From assembly GCA_951406725.2 (NCBI GenBank), contig OX597818.1:103726001-103790000 (forward strand): a DNA stretch of 64,000 nt. The letters run 5' to 3'. Source of the stretch: Octopus vulgaris. Lineage: Eukaryota. The notes below the pieces were generated by a model that saw only the letters and a list, made by a program, of their open reading frames with translations, did no database searches and had not been told where the DNA came from. Below are positions 39,160 to 52,544 of this stretch, one piece after another (the stretch's first letter is position 1; every line of letters starts with the position of its first letter). The translations under genes and the position numbers were made by a program.

Positions 39160-42100
39160 TTCCTTTTTTCTTTCTTCTTTCAAATTTTCTTCCATTTCTT
39201 GCCGAGTGTCTTCCCGACTCCTAGGGCAAAGAAACTCATAGTGTATATTGGTAGGCCATTAAACCAAACTCAGTAGTTCGTTCATTTTTTTTTTATTTAT
39301 TATTTTTTTTAAAGTTAAATTAAAATGCATGAGCAGCAACAGTTCTCACATCGACAATGCTCTTCTCAATACGTGTGATGTACCAGTTAAGACAATCTTT
39401 TGCACTTCTTGCAGGGATGGTAAGCCAGGGATCATTCTCATATAATTTTCGGTTCCCTTCTTGATCATTCCTAGTGCTCCTACGATCACTGGTATTGTAA
39501 CCGCCTTGAGATGCCACATTTTCTCAATTTCAATGAGTAGGTCTTTATATTTTCTGAGCTTGTCAAACTCTTTCGCTGAGATATTATGATCACAGGGGAT
39601 GCTCATGTCGATCAATAAGCAAACTTTATTGTTTTGGTCTTTCACAACAATATCTGGTTTATTGGCCTTGATGGTTCGGTCTGTATGTACTGGAAAGTCC
39701 CACAGAATGGTTACATTTTCTCCTTCAGTTACAGCCTCAGGGTGGTGATTATACCACTTGTCGGCAGTTTTGATATTGTAATGCCGACTTATTAGCCAGT
39801 GGAGATATTGGCCAACTCTGTCATGTCTTAATTTATACTCCACTGGTGCTAAGACTTTACATCCAGAGATTAGGTGGTCCACTGTTTCAATCATGTCGTT
39901 GCAGAATCGGCATTTTGGGTCTGCTCCATTTTTCATCACATTGGCCTGGTAGTTCCGGGTTGATAGGCTTTGGTCTTGAGCAGCCAGGATGAAACCTTCG
40001 CTCTCTGCTTTTAGCCCTGAGCTCCGTAGCCACTGATGGGTTTGCTTCTGGTCAACATCAGCTTGTTTGCTGCGGGTCACATATTTGCCGTGCAGAGGTT
40101 TCTCCTCCCACCTATCAGCCAATTGCTCGTGCGCTTTTTTCATTGCCATCATTTTCACCTTCTTTGCAACAATAGTTGCCGTACTTCCCTCGGGTTGTTC
40201 AGTTTGGGTATCCTGCACAAGATCAATAGCAAATTTTTTGCTTTCCTTGATGATAGAATGAAGCTTCTTTCGTCTCTCGTGATTTTCCACGAGCTTTAGC
40301 ATCCAGTCATTCGATATTTCGAGATATTTGGCCAGTCCAATTGTGGTTGTTTTGTAAGCTAGTTCAAATTGGATCAGGCCTCGACCTCCTTGGGCTCTGG
40401 GAAGGTAAAGGCGATCTACGTCTGCCTTTGGGTGGTGCATCCTATTACAACTCAGCAGCTTGCGTATTTTTCTATCTATATTCTTTACTTCACTCATATT
40501 CCAGTTCAACACATTGTAGCTATAAGTAACAACTGGAACTGCTAGGGAATTTATAGCTAACACCTTGTTACGTGCATTTAGTTCAGATTTCAGGACTGCA
40601 CGAACTCTCCTATAACATTCCTTCCTGATTTTCTCTTTCATGCTTGCATGCTGAATACCAGAGCCTTCATTTATCCCTAAATATTTGTATGTTTGTTCTT
40701 GCTCAAGCTCTCTTATGACTGTGTCAACATCTAACACGACTGAATTTGTGGTCTTCACTTTCCCTTTCTGGAAAGTGGCCTTGGCACACTTCTCAAGTCC
40801 AAACTCCATCCCGATGTCATCGCTGAATGATTTCACGGTGCGCAATAGGCCTTCAAGTTCATTATTGTCTTTACCATAAAGTTTTAAGTCATCCATATAA
40901 AATAGATGGCTTATTTTTTTATTGGCAATTTTATACCCATACCTTGTTCTGTTTAATTCACTTGTAAGGGGTATTAGGGCTATGCAGAATATTAAAGGTG
41001 AAAGTGAGTCACCTTGAAAAATTCCACAGTTGATGTTTATATTTTCTGAGGCAAGTACTCCATTAGAGTGGTATAATTGGAGATTCGTATTCCACAACGA
41101 CATATTGTGCTTCAGGAAGTTTGAAATCACAGGGGAAATTTTGAAGATGTCCAGCGATCTCAAGATCCATGGATGCGGTATACTGTCGAAGGCCTTTTTA
41201 TAGTCAATCCATGCGGTGCTGAGATTTCTGCGCTTGTTGTGACAGTTCTCAAGGATCATACGATTGATTAGCAGTTGATCTTTGCATCCGTAAGAGCCTC
41301 GGCGGCACCCTTTTTGTTCAATGGGGAAAATATCGTTCTTCTCCATGAATGCATATGTTTTCTCCGCCAGGATAGATGTTAGGATTTTATACGTGGTGGA
41401 TAGACAGGTTATAGGCCGATAGTTTTTTGGAAGGTTGGTTTCGTTATTCTTTGGGAGTAGGTAAGTAATGCCACTTGCTAACCATTCAGGTGTTTTCTTT
41501 GGGTCTCTCATAATTCCATTGAGCAGCTGAACTAGCTTACCGTGTGCGCACGGGAGCGATGCGAGCCAGAAATTCGGCACCCTATCTTTACCGGGGGATT
41601 TCCAATTATGGGCCTTCGTGAGTGCCTTTCTTAGGTCTGCTATTGTGATGTCTTCCCATGCTTGTTGTTGTAAATTTTGGTAGGATCCTTCAGTTTGTAT
41701 AATCCAGTCTGCATTTATGTTGTACGTCTTCTTGTCACTCCAAATCCTTTTCCAAAAGTTTTGAACTTCTTCCATGGGAGGGGGTCTTTAACGGTTACTT
41801 TCTCCTTCCCTATTTCTCTGTAGAATCTTTTGGCATTGGATGTGAACAGCTTATTTTGCTTGTAAAACTTGTTTCTCTTCTCAAATCTTCGTATTCTTTG
41901 GGCTTTTGCTTGGACTTTTTGTTTCAGCGTTTCTTTTATTGATATCAGTTCTTCTCTTGGTGAGGATCCAAATTTTCTCTTCATCTTTCTTCCTGTTCTG
42001 GATCTTACATCATTTCCACATATTAGTTCATTTAATATTGATATTTCCCCTCTCATAAATTCAATCTCTTTTTCAATTTTACTTCTCCAGGTTTGATTTC

Positions 42101-42500
42101 TTCCCAGGTTTTGTTTTCTTTGTTTTTTCGGGGGCATACAGCTGGTTTCAATTGCCCTAGCAGAAGCGTAAATAATTTCATTTAACTCAGTAAAATCAGC
42201 TTTTAATTCTCGTATTATTTCATTTGTTACATAGTTGCCAATTTGGATTTGTTTTTTATTTTGGTTTGTATTTGAGAGTTTATGAAGCGGTTCTCTATCA
42301 TTCATACTTGTATGTCTTACAACTTCAAGCGTATTCAGGATTTTCTGCCTCATTTCTGCTATAGACTCTCTGTGTTCTTCAGCAAATGCGAGATCTTCAG
42401 TTACTGTTGTTTTTTCGTTTTCCTGGCTATCTTTAACAGGTACAATAGAATTTCTTGTATCTTCAGGCCTTTGCGTACTTTGGTCAGATGGCAGTCTTTC
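39160..42500 (-). mobile_element. R4/Dong-clade non-LTR retrotransposon, 5'-truncated, in (TAA)n
   Basis: Single RT-REL ORF and a 185-bp 3' UTR; both junctions run directly into TAA repeats. Dong-type elements are known to target TAA. Confidence 0.92.
39346..42500 (-). CDS. RT + CCHC zinc knuckle + restriction-like endonuclease; one frameshift near 41780
   Basis: KSPGKD, NYRPITCL, IDYKKAFDS, GIFQGDSLSP, YMDD, CRFC..ETVDHLISGC, RHD, KPDIV..LIDMS..K..KY. The 212-aa and 809-aa ORFs join if one C is added to the run at KDP-P-PMEEV. Confidence 0.93.
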
Positions 42501-42557
<57 letters not shown>

Positions 42558-42561
<4 letters not shown>

Positions 42562-43112
42562 TGAGAGAGCAGTGCATGCCATCAAAGTGACACTGGGCTA
42601 AAATATACGAAGCCCAGTATACCCATCATGACTACCCGTCTGATAAGGGTGCACTAGGCACATGCATCACAACCATATGTGCGCGACATGGTGATCTCAT
42701 ATCAAGATAAACAGCACATGACCTTGCAGGTGGGGCCCAGTTAGAATTTTGTTCTGGTCGAGTAGCCGATCCCGCTCAAAAGGTCCCTGAATAAGGGCTG
42801 TTTAAGGATGTTGTACGAAACACCCCTGTTTCCAAAGGTGAATTATTCAAACCCCAAAGAGTCCCTCTCAACACATGGCTATGATTCTCCCCCACTACTT
42901 TTGATCGTGATCAGAGATGCACATATCGTCAGCCACTAAGGGATATGCTCAACTGGTTACGGTCAAACAACTGACAAGCAAATCTGTGGTATTGAGCAGA
43001 ATATTTGCTGTAGCCCATCTTTTATACCAAGACAAAACAATGTACATGATAACACTTCCAATCAGTTAAGATCAGAAGACATGATAGCCACTGCCTGGTA
43101 CTGCATCAGGGC
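42558..43112 (-). mobile_element. Non-coding ~555-bp (TAA)n-inserted element, copy 2
   Basis: Homologous to 38564-39086; on minus it ends ...ctctctcactgaa(taa)n. Confidence 0.8.
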
Positions 43113-43117
43113 ATTAC

Positions 43118-43197
<80 letters not shown>

Positions 43198-43202
<5 letters not shown>

Positions 43203-43537
43203 TAGTTTTATTTTTATAGCGTGCTTTCACTTCACTACCGAGCGCAGCTCTGTGTGCCTTGAGTATGTGCTGTGATTTGTTGTGATGCTCTGATGGTTAT
43301 TGTATGGAAAGTGTTCTGCGTAGGATGTGTGCAGTGCCTAATAGTGCAATTTTCTATATGTTATATGTGTTTGTAAGTCCTTGGTGTTTTTGTTATGTAT
43401 TTGTCTGAATATTTTTTTATCATGCCTAATGCACCTACTATGATAGGAATTGTTTCTGTTTTCAGATTCCACATTCTAGTTACCTCTATTTCCAGGTCTT
43501 TGTATTTTGAGAGTTTCTCCATTTCTTTTAGGAAACA

Positions 43538-43539
<2 letters not shown>
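43198..43539 (-). mobile_element. 3' fragment of the R4/Dong subfamily seen at 20211
   Basis: EKLSKYKDLEIEVTRMWNLKTETIPIIVGALG plus the same 3' UTR; (TAA)n on both sides. Confidence 0.9.
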
Positions 43540-43619
<80 letters not shown>

Positions 43620-44193
43620 TGGTGGGAAATCAGATTAGTTTCGCAATTAGAATTTATTTTGGCGTTTGCTGTGACATACGACTTCATTCCAGTTAGTTAG
43701 TGAGTAGTTCTTATTTCATTGTGATATTGAATGTCTGTGCTGGATACGGTGTAGATTTTGAAACCATTATTGTGTAATATTTCGCAAAACGCCTTGCTTT
43801 TTCTATATTTGTGGCTCTATTGTTTTCATTTAAAATCGGATGGTTAAGCAGAGACGGTGGGTGTTTTGCATGTGTCCTGTTATTTGTATATGTATGGTAT
43901 TTATCTATCTTCAGCAGAGTTAATAAGCTGTTATTTTTTTCATGCCCCCATGGTATACACTTGTTTCGATGCAATTTCAAGAATAGACATGCGCACGCAT
44001 ACATATGTATATAAGTATACATGTACACATACACACACACAGACATATATTTATATAAATATATATGTATATATATCTATATCTATCTATCTATATATCT
44101 TTGTATATGTACTCATATATGCGTGTATATGTACATGTAGAGGTAGGTACGTACATATATGTTTATATATATGCATATGTTTTATTTCTTTTA

Positions 44194-44241
<48 letters not shown>

Positions 44242-44254
44242 CGTATATATATAC

Positions 44255-44331
<77 letters not shown>

Positions 44332-44334
<3 letters not shown>

Positions 44335-44571
44335 AAGCACTCCGTCGGTTACGACGACGAGGGTTCCGGTTGATCCGATCAACGGAGCAGCCTGCTCTTG
44401 AAATTAACGTGTAAGTGGCTGAGCACTCCACAGACACGTGTACCCTTACCGTAGTTCTCGGGGATATTCAGCGTGACACAGAGAGTGACAAGGACGGCCC
44501 TTTGAAATACAGGTACAACAGAAACAGGATGTAAAAGAGAGAAAGTTGTGGTGAAAGAGTACAGCAGGGAT

Positions 44572-44572
<1 letters not shown>
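44332..44572 (-). mobile_element. SINE family C, 3' portion
   Basis: Matches 32378-32620. Confidence 0.9.
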
Positions 44573-44607
<35 letters not shown>

Positions 44608-44609
44608 CA

Positions 44610-44660
<51 letters not shown>

Positions 44661-44708
44661 TACATATATATATATGTATTTATGTATATTATATATATAT
44701 ATATATAC

Positions 44709-44918
44709 TTTATTTTAAGCAGCAGAAAATTCAACAAAATCGTTACTATGAGTTTCTCGTTGCCGTTCATCAGACAGTTTTTGCTAGACTGTCTGATAAC
44801 GGCAACGAAAACTCAGAGTATTTTGTTGATTTTCTGCTGCTAAAATAAAGCATATTACTCTACCACTGGTATTTGAGTACTCTTTTTCCACCTTGTTTCA
44901 CATTTATGTGTTTACTCC

Positions 44919-44920
<2 letters not shown>
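44709..44920. repeat. (TA)n-flanked fold-back containing a minimal hammerhead motif (44741-44777, minus)
   Basis: Arms 44709-44777 / 44789-44848 plus a tail to 44920. The minus arm reads ctgt-CTGATGA-aCG-GCAA-CGa-GAAAC-tcata-GTA-acg; the plus arm core is mutated. Confidence 0.7.
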
Positions 44921-44991
<71 letters not shown>

Positions 44992-46008
44992 GTAGATAGA
45001 TAGATAGATGGATGCTTATGTATGCATATCAGTACCAATGCATTAACATTATTTTTTTGTTTTATTAATGTTTAAACTTATTTTTATGCGGCTATAATAA
45101 CAGCTAATTAGATAAAGGGCTTGTTACTTTTGATTGATGTATATCTTGATAGCGAAGAATTTTGTAATATGGTAAAATATATTATTTGCCTGAGCTGCAG
45201 TATTCCACATGAATAGCTGATAAATATACTGAACGATAGATGTCAAAGCTCATATACAGTTATATCTACTTGTACAGCGATAGAGTGACCTCCTTGTTAT
45301 AATATTATATCACAACACAGTGGCGAAATATCCGAACACAGTGGGTTTATCTACATGCATTAAAAAAAAATGAAGAACATAATTGAGGTTGAAATACTTC
45401 GGGAAAACGAACATTTTTCAATGTAATCAATATTTCCAAGCTTAAAGGCATAGGTGTAGTGTTAGTGTTATGAACTCATTTCAGATTTATGGTTTCAGTA
45501 ATATTAGAAAATCAATGATTCAGCAATAACGGAAATAGGATTCAAAATCACAACTACACTAAATCATATTTTCCAGTTGTCGTAATATATCATAATGCCG
45601 GCGTACAATTTATTCATATTGGCTTCTTACTAAGGGACAAAGCGACATTTTCTCTAGGTGAGGAGGGGATAGAAAATTGCATCAGCCTCGTGAGGATGAA
45701 ATTCGATGTCGGCTTTGTTGGGATTTCAACAAAGCAGGTAATGGAACTTAAATGCTACGTTGCATTTTGTCCAAATATTTATGACACGTGGTTTGTAATG
45801 CTAGGAATCTAAATGTCATAAATTGCCTTCTTAGAAGTGAAACCAATAACAACAACGTTGAAGATCAATATTAAAAATATTCATTGTTCTATGCTTGGCC
45901 ACACTAAAAATGTTATACAACCATATGAAGAATTATTATTTACTTCTGCCTCAAACCCGTTCTGATATATATATATATATAGTGTAACACTCTCGCCTCA
46001 GAAATGAC

Positions 46009-46430
46009 CGGCGAGCTGGTAGAGACGTTAGCACGCCGGGCGAAATGCTTAGCGGTATTTCGTCTGCGGCTACGTTCTGAGTTCAAATTACGCCGAGGTC
46101 GACTTTGGCTTTCAGCCTTTCGTGGTCGATTAAATAAGTACCAGTTACGCACTGGTGTCGATATAATCGAATTAATCCGTTTGTCTGTCCTTGTCTGGCC
46201 TCTCCGTGTTTAGCTCCTAGTGGGTAGTAAAGAAATAGAAATAGGTATTTCGTCTGCCGCTACGTTCTGAGTTCAAATTCCGCCGAGGTCGCCTTTGCCT
46301 TTCATCCTTTCGGGATCGATTAAATAAGTGCGAGTTACCCACTGGGGTCGATATAATTGACTTACTCCGTTTGTCTGTCCTTGTTTGTCCTCTCTATGTT
46401 TAGCCCCTTGTTGGCAGTAAAGAAATAAGG
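46009..46430 (+). mobile_element. SINE family A, dimer
   Basis: Second unit restarts at ggtatttcgtctgcc (~46244). Confidence 0.88.
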
Positions 46431-46980
46431 AATATCCGTTTCGACTTCCGTACCACACACGTCTTCCTCTTCTATCGAACGCCGTTCTCATTTCTATCAC
46501 GTCTCTTCAACAACTGTCCAGATTCTGATAGGATTAAGAGGTAACACTCGATTCATAATATACACAGTGCTACACTGTGTCACCCTAATCTAAGTAATGG
46601 TGTATACATCAAAGTGGATTTGCACATTCCATCAACCTGTATGCATATATGAACCAGAGAGAAAATACACACATGTTCAGTTCAACATGTGTATAAATGT
46701 ACACAAATACATAAATAGAAACATTCACTCAAAGAAGCATATATGCAAGGCGTGAAAGGTAGTTTAGGATACAAAAGAAGGAAAAAAGCGCGATGAACTT
46801 CTGGAAATATATGGGCAAAAGTGTTACGTGCCAACATTCGAAATGCTTCAGCACCTTATGTAGATGAACTTCCTATGGAAATGGAAGTCTCAGGGGCAAG
46901 CGGGAATATTTCGGTTGTATAAATATGTGTTTGTGTGAGTATATGTAGGTATGTATGTATGTATATATGTATATATATAT

Positions 46981-47032
<52 letters not shown>

Positions 47033-47035
47033 ATG

Positions 47036-47073
<38 letters not shown>

Positions 47074-47919
47074 CATACAACCTTCAGCTGCACAAAGTCA
47101 TAGAATTTAATTAAATTAGAAGGACACATTATTATAATTCTGCCTAAAATCTTCAAGAAGTTAAGGAGATATGCAAAGAACAAGTTTTACCAACAACATC
47201 ATAGTTGTAACTATGATGTTGTAGGTGAAACATGTTCTTTGTCTATCTCCTTAACTATGATATTGTATCCCGTAAGGCAGGGATACAAAATTCCTAGGCA
47301 CAGGGAGGAATATAGATGGCTTAGGAGCATCTATTAATGATCTAATTAATCCACAGAATAGACAGGGATTCCTTGAAGCAGAGAAAATGCATTTCCTGGA
47401 AATTATATCGTATTCTTTCGCGTATCGTACTATGAATTAAGTTATGCTGTACTTAATTCTGCCCTCCTTCAATCTCCATACAAAATCTGCCTAATATGTT
47501 GAATGTCTCTTATAAACTGTTTTGAAGCTGGCGACATGGTTACGGTAACGATTCTTAAAAGAATCAGCCGTCTGCCAAACGTAAACATACGCTCCTTCCA
47601 TAGTGAGCGCAATACATTTATATAGACGAATTGTACCCATACAGAGAATCATTAGTGACCATTTTGATTTTTCTTTGCACGAGCATTTATCGTATTTTTT
47701 GTATAAAGGGCAGTGTCGAAATACTTGCCGTATTTTATAATAATTCCGTTATATTCCATCTTCCGTCTTTAATTTGCCATATACATAAACGATCACTGTG
47801 AGTGACCGTGGTTTACCAGTAAGCTTCCAGGGGTAAACCATTCGTTTTATTATCGTATATATATATACATATATATACATACAAATATATGCACAATACA
47901 CATACATATATATATATAA

Positions 47920-48140
47920 ATATTGGTAAAAACGGTAAGATAACAAAAGAAGGAAAGATATCTCAATATTATGTAAATAGAGGAAATTTATCTGTAAAAT
48001 AATATGTGGCAATTAATCAATAGCCAAGATAAAACTCTGAGTTTCAGATGCCGAAGAGGAAATCCTCAACACCATCTCTTCAGATGACCAGATAACCGAA
48101 GAGATGGTGTTGTGGATTTCCACTTCGCCATCCGAAACTC
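47920..48140. repeat. PLE-tail-like repeat with a fold-back of its hammerhead region
   Basis: Minus arm CTGAAGA..GAAAC-tcaga-GTT-TTATC (48028-48083); plus arm gataaccgaagagatgg..ccatccgaaactc (48091-48140). Confidence 0.7.
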
Positions 48141-48287
48141 GTGAATGAATTATCTTAGTATGGACAATTCGCTTAACCGATACCCGGTAGCAAATTCACG
48201 TCAGAAAACACGGTTGAAGCTACATGCTAAGGGCAGAAATCACGTGTTTTCGTATTGAAATTTATGTGTTTTTTTAACTATAAATAA

Positions 48288-49341
48288 ATGAAAGAATGGA
48301 GTCGAACGACGATTTTAACAAAATTCCTTTACTCTCGACATATGTTTCGAAGACTGCATATTCGTAATTCCGAAGGAATAAAGGGTGCATTATGCCGCCT
48401 TCTCATCAGGAAAGACAAGGAACCTATGTCAGCATCATGACGAACATAAACGTTTAGATGACTGCCCACATGGAGTCCACAGTGATAATGAGTGTTTCTT
48501 TAAAATATTCCGTTATAAGTAGTGGCGTCAAAATTGGTTGGATGGAGAAAGTTCTAAAAAGTTCAAGAGTTCAAAAATGGTTGGAAGGAGAAAGTTCTAA
48601 GAATAGGAAGGGGACAGAGTGCAAGTCGTATGTATGGGGATGCGTGGTTGTTTGCTTTTGCTAATGAGTTTGAGTGTCTATGTGTGTGTATGAATATAAC
48701 TGCATTCGTGTCTGTGTGTGTGTATGTGTGTGCGTGATTGTGTGTATGGGGGGACAAATGCCAAATACATCTCTCTACCTCTCCCCCCTCTCTCTCTCCC
48801 TCTCTCTCTATCATAAGCACAATCAAACACACAGACACAAACTTGTCACTTCACCACTAGGTGTATTTGGCATTTGTCCCCCCCCACACACACACAATCA
48901 CGCACAGACATACACACACACAGACACGAATGCAGTTATATTCATACACACACATAGACACTCAAACTCATTAGCAAAAGCAAACAACCACGCATCCCCA
49001 TACATACGACTTGCACTCTGTCCCATTCCTATTCTTAGAACTTTCTCCTTCCAACCATTTTTGAACTCTTGAACTTTTTAGAACCTTCTCCATCCAACCA
49101 ATTTTGACGTCACTACTTATAACGGAATATTTTAAAGAAACACTCATTATCACTGTGGACTCCATGTGGGCAGTCATCTAAAAGTTTTTGTTCGTCATGA
49201 TGCTGACATAGGTTCCTTGTCTTTCCTGATGAGAAGGCGGCATAATGCACCCTTTATTCCTTCGGAATTAAAAATATGCAGTCTTCAAAATATATGTCGA
49301 GAGTAAAGGAATTTTGTTAAAATCGTCGTTCGACTCCATTC

Positions 49342-49347
<6 letters not shown>
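48288..49347. repeat. About 485-bp inverted repeat (48288-48770 / 48862-49347) ending at (TA)n
   Basis: The arms are near-identical reverse complements; the ORF track shows mirrored peptides at 48458(+) and 49177(-). Confidence 0.95.
48332..48414 (-). ncRNA. Intact type-I hammerhead ribozyme
   Basis: CTTTC-CTGATGA-GAAGGC-gGCATA...TATGCa-GTCTTC-GAAAC-ATAT-GTC-GAGAG; stem III is the palindrome ACATATGT. The mirror copy near 49221-49303 has GAAAC changed to AAAAT. Confidence 0.88.
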
Positions 49348-49424
<77 letters not shown>

Positions 49425-50278
49425 GTGTATGTAGAAATACATCATTATATAAGGTGTGAAATTTTAATGTCAAATTCAGCAAAAATATTCACTTCTACTT
49501 ATGTTATGCAGTATTAACTAGCGTAGGATATTTGTAATTAATTGATACTTAAAGCAATTTATAGTTATAGAGTAAAATAATAGCATATCACATTTAACTT
49601 TATTTCCATTTAATAATTATATTTATTTTTGAAATTGGTATAATTATGACTTATGTGTAATAACACTTGATACTATATACATAGTCTGGAAAAAGGTAGC
49701 TTTCTGTGAAATGTGCTATAACGCATTAGAATTGCTATTCTTTGTCTACTGATTATTTTGAGCATATAATATATATATATATATATGCCTATGTGTGTAA
49801 GTGTTTTTTAGCGTACGTTCCGATGTTTTCATGTATAGAATTGAGGTATAAATATCAAAGAAAACCATACTTTAATTATGTGGTGCATAAGCGATACATC
49901 CGGGCTGGAAATATTTCCCTAAATATATATATATATATATAAATATGCACCGATATATAGATGGATAGATAGATATAAGCGGTTACAGTGAATTGAACAG
50001 GAAAATATTGTCTAAATGAATAAAAGGAGAAATTTCATATATTCATATTTTAATATTCTCCAACAGCTGTTTCATTAAGATACAGGCTTTCAAATGTGTA
50101 AAATTATGTAAGTGAAATAAAGATTAAAATTTTTTCTTCCCTAACCTCGTGAATGGTATGCCTTGTTAAGCAGAAATCTCAATGTCACGTATATTCTTTA
50201 CCTCTTTATATTTTGTATAAATATATATATAGAGGGAGATCCAGAGAAAGAAAGATGGAGAGAGATAGAGGTAAGAGA

Positions 50279-50808
50279 GACGCAGGTTTGGCTCTTTGGT
50301 ACAAAGCTTGCGTTCCAACCATATTGTTTCCGGTTCAGTCGCAATGCGTGGCACCTTGGTCGAATGTCTTCCACTATAGTCTCGGACCGACCAAAGCCTT
50401 TTTGAGATTTAGTAGATGTAAAGTGAAAGAAGCATGTTGTCTATACATACATACATATATATATATATAATAAAATATTAGGGAATAAATCCAAACTTAC
50501 AGGGAAAAATCAGATTTAGGATTGAATCCAATTTTATAGTAAAATATTATATTAGATTAGATTAGAGATAAAACCACTATTAGGCAAATCATACAATGAA
50601 AAACTCAAGCCAATACATAAGATTAATTAATTTATATTATTTTAAATATATATCAAAATTATTAAAAAAATATAATTAGTGTTATACTAATTATCTTTTT
50701 TTAATAATTTTGATATATATTTAAAATAATATAAATGAATTAATCTTATGTATTGGCTTAAGTTTTTCATTGTATGATTTGCCTAATAGTGGTTTTATCT
50801 CTAATTTA

Positions 50809-50844
<36 letters not shown>

Positions 50845-50875
50845 TATACATACACATGTATATATATATACATAC

Positions 50876-50926
<51 letters not shown>

Positions 50927-51137
50927 CATATACATATGCGTGTGTGTCTTTGTGTCTGTGCTTCCTACCATCGCTTGACAACTGATGTTGGTGTGTTTAC
51001 GTCCAAGTAACTGAACGGTTCGGCAAAATGTATCAACAGAATAAGTCCTAGACTTTCGATGTCGATTTCTGCGAGTAAAACCCGTTATGGAACTGCTTTA
51101 ATCTGGCCACAGTCAAATAACTAAACAATTAAAAGAA
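50279..51137 (+). mobile_element. Diverged SINE family B; its internal (TA)n holds a fold-back insertion (50470-50815)
   Basis: SINE head at 50279-50440 and tail at 50940-51137. The palindrome 50545-50815 has a 5-nt spacer and a ~75-nt tail. Confidence 0.75.
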
Positions 51138-51513
51138 TGGACACGGACTCTACCATCGTTAGATTTTATAATAAAGCTGTTCCGCAATTTCCTGTGAATA
51201 ACCATATAGTTGTCTTGTTTATGGGAATCCAATCTTTGGATTCCCATAATCTCGCTCCCTCCACCAAATCGTCAATGCTTGTAGAGGTGCCCGATGTGCC
51301 ACATGTCAGATGACGAATTTACAGCAGAGCAACGTGAAATGATGTATTTTTTCTCAAGATCACAGCGCATCCTTGGTCTATGAAAAGTAACTTAGATCTC
51401 ACAATTGTGAGTACAATGCCCTAACGATTAAGTCATGCTCCATATTATATATATATATATATATGTGTATATGCGTGTGAGTGCCCGTGTGTGTATATTT
51501 GTATTCGTCTGTT

Positions 51514-51554
<41 letters not shown>

Positions 51555-52424
51555 CTGTGTGTGAGTGTCATTTTGCGTGTTTGCGTGAAAAGATGTGGGA
51601 ATTTAAAAATCACTGAAAACTCCAAATCAGACGAGATCAATAACTCCGTACTTGATCAAGAACAGTGAATATCGATATGGCGCTGTTATGTCTGCTCATC
51701 GGCACAATATACCCGAATCAACTGAAAAATAATTCGTGACGCATGTCTAAGTATATATTCATATACCATAAAATATTTCTATTGTTATGCCACACCACTG
51801 CAAAAGAAAAGAAGATTAAATTTTGCTTTAGAAACAGTCTTAATTATTTAAAACGCACTGATACGATATACTTCATGTATATGCTCTGGTTTATACTTGC
51901 TCTTGATGGCTACGATACGCGTCATAAGAATTCAACATCGGTAACACTTAGTTAATTGGAGGAGGTTCTCATTTAAAATACACTTTTGTTTTACTTGTGT
52001 GATGTTGCTCCACATCCGCAGTTAGATTTCACCCAGCCTGCATTTATGCCTCAGACAAGTCACTCGAATTTCTTTCGAGGTGATTCGGGTATACATTGGT
52101 GATGAGCTGAATTCAGGGCGAAATACCGATATTACCTGATCTCGTACATGTCCTCTTGTTCGCTTCGTCTGGTTTTAAGCACTGAGTGGTTTTTAACGCA
52201 GGGCAACTAAAAGGGTTTTTTCCGTTAACGAATTCCGCAACCAATAAGTACTTATGTGTGGGCCATCGGTAAAAATTATGTTATTAGGCGTATCTCTCGT
52301 TGGAAATTTAGTTGTGTGTATATACATACATTAGTAGCTCGGTTTTCGAACAACTCTGATCACGAATAAAACATGCATTATATATATATACAGAGACAAT
52401 TACAAGTATATACACAGACGCACA

Positions 52425-52544
<120 letters not shown>

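Noticed and set aside
38564-43112. Direct repeats flanking an RT ORF, read as LTRs
   Set aside because: The ORF is a non-LTR RT-REL. The repeats are diverged from each other, lack TG..CA/PBS/PPT, and are separated from the ORF by TAA tracts.
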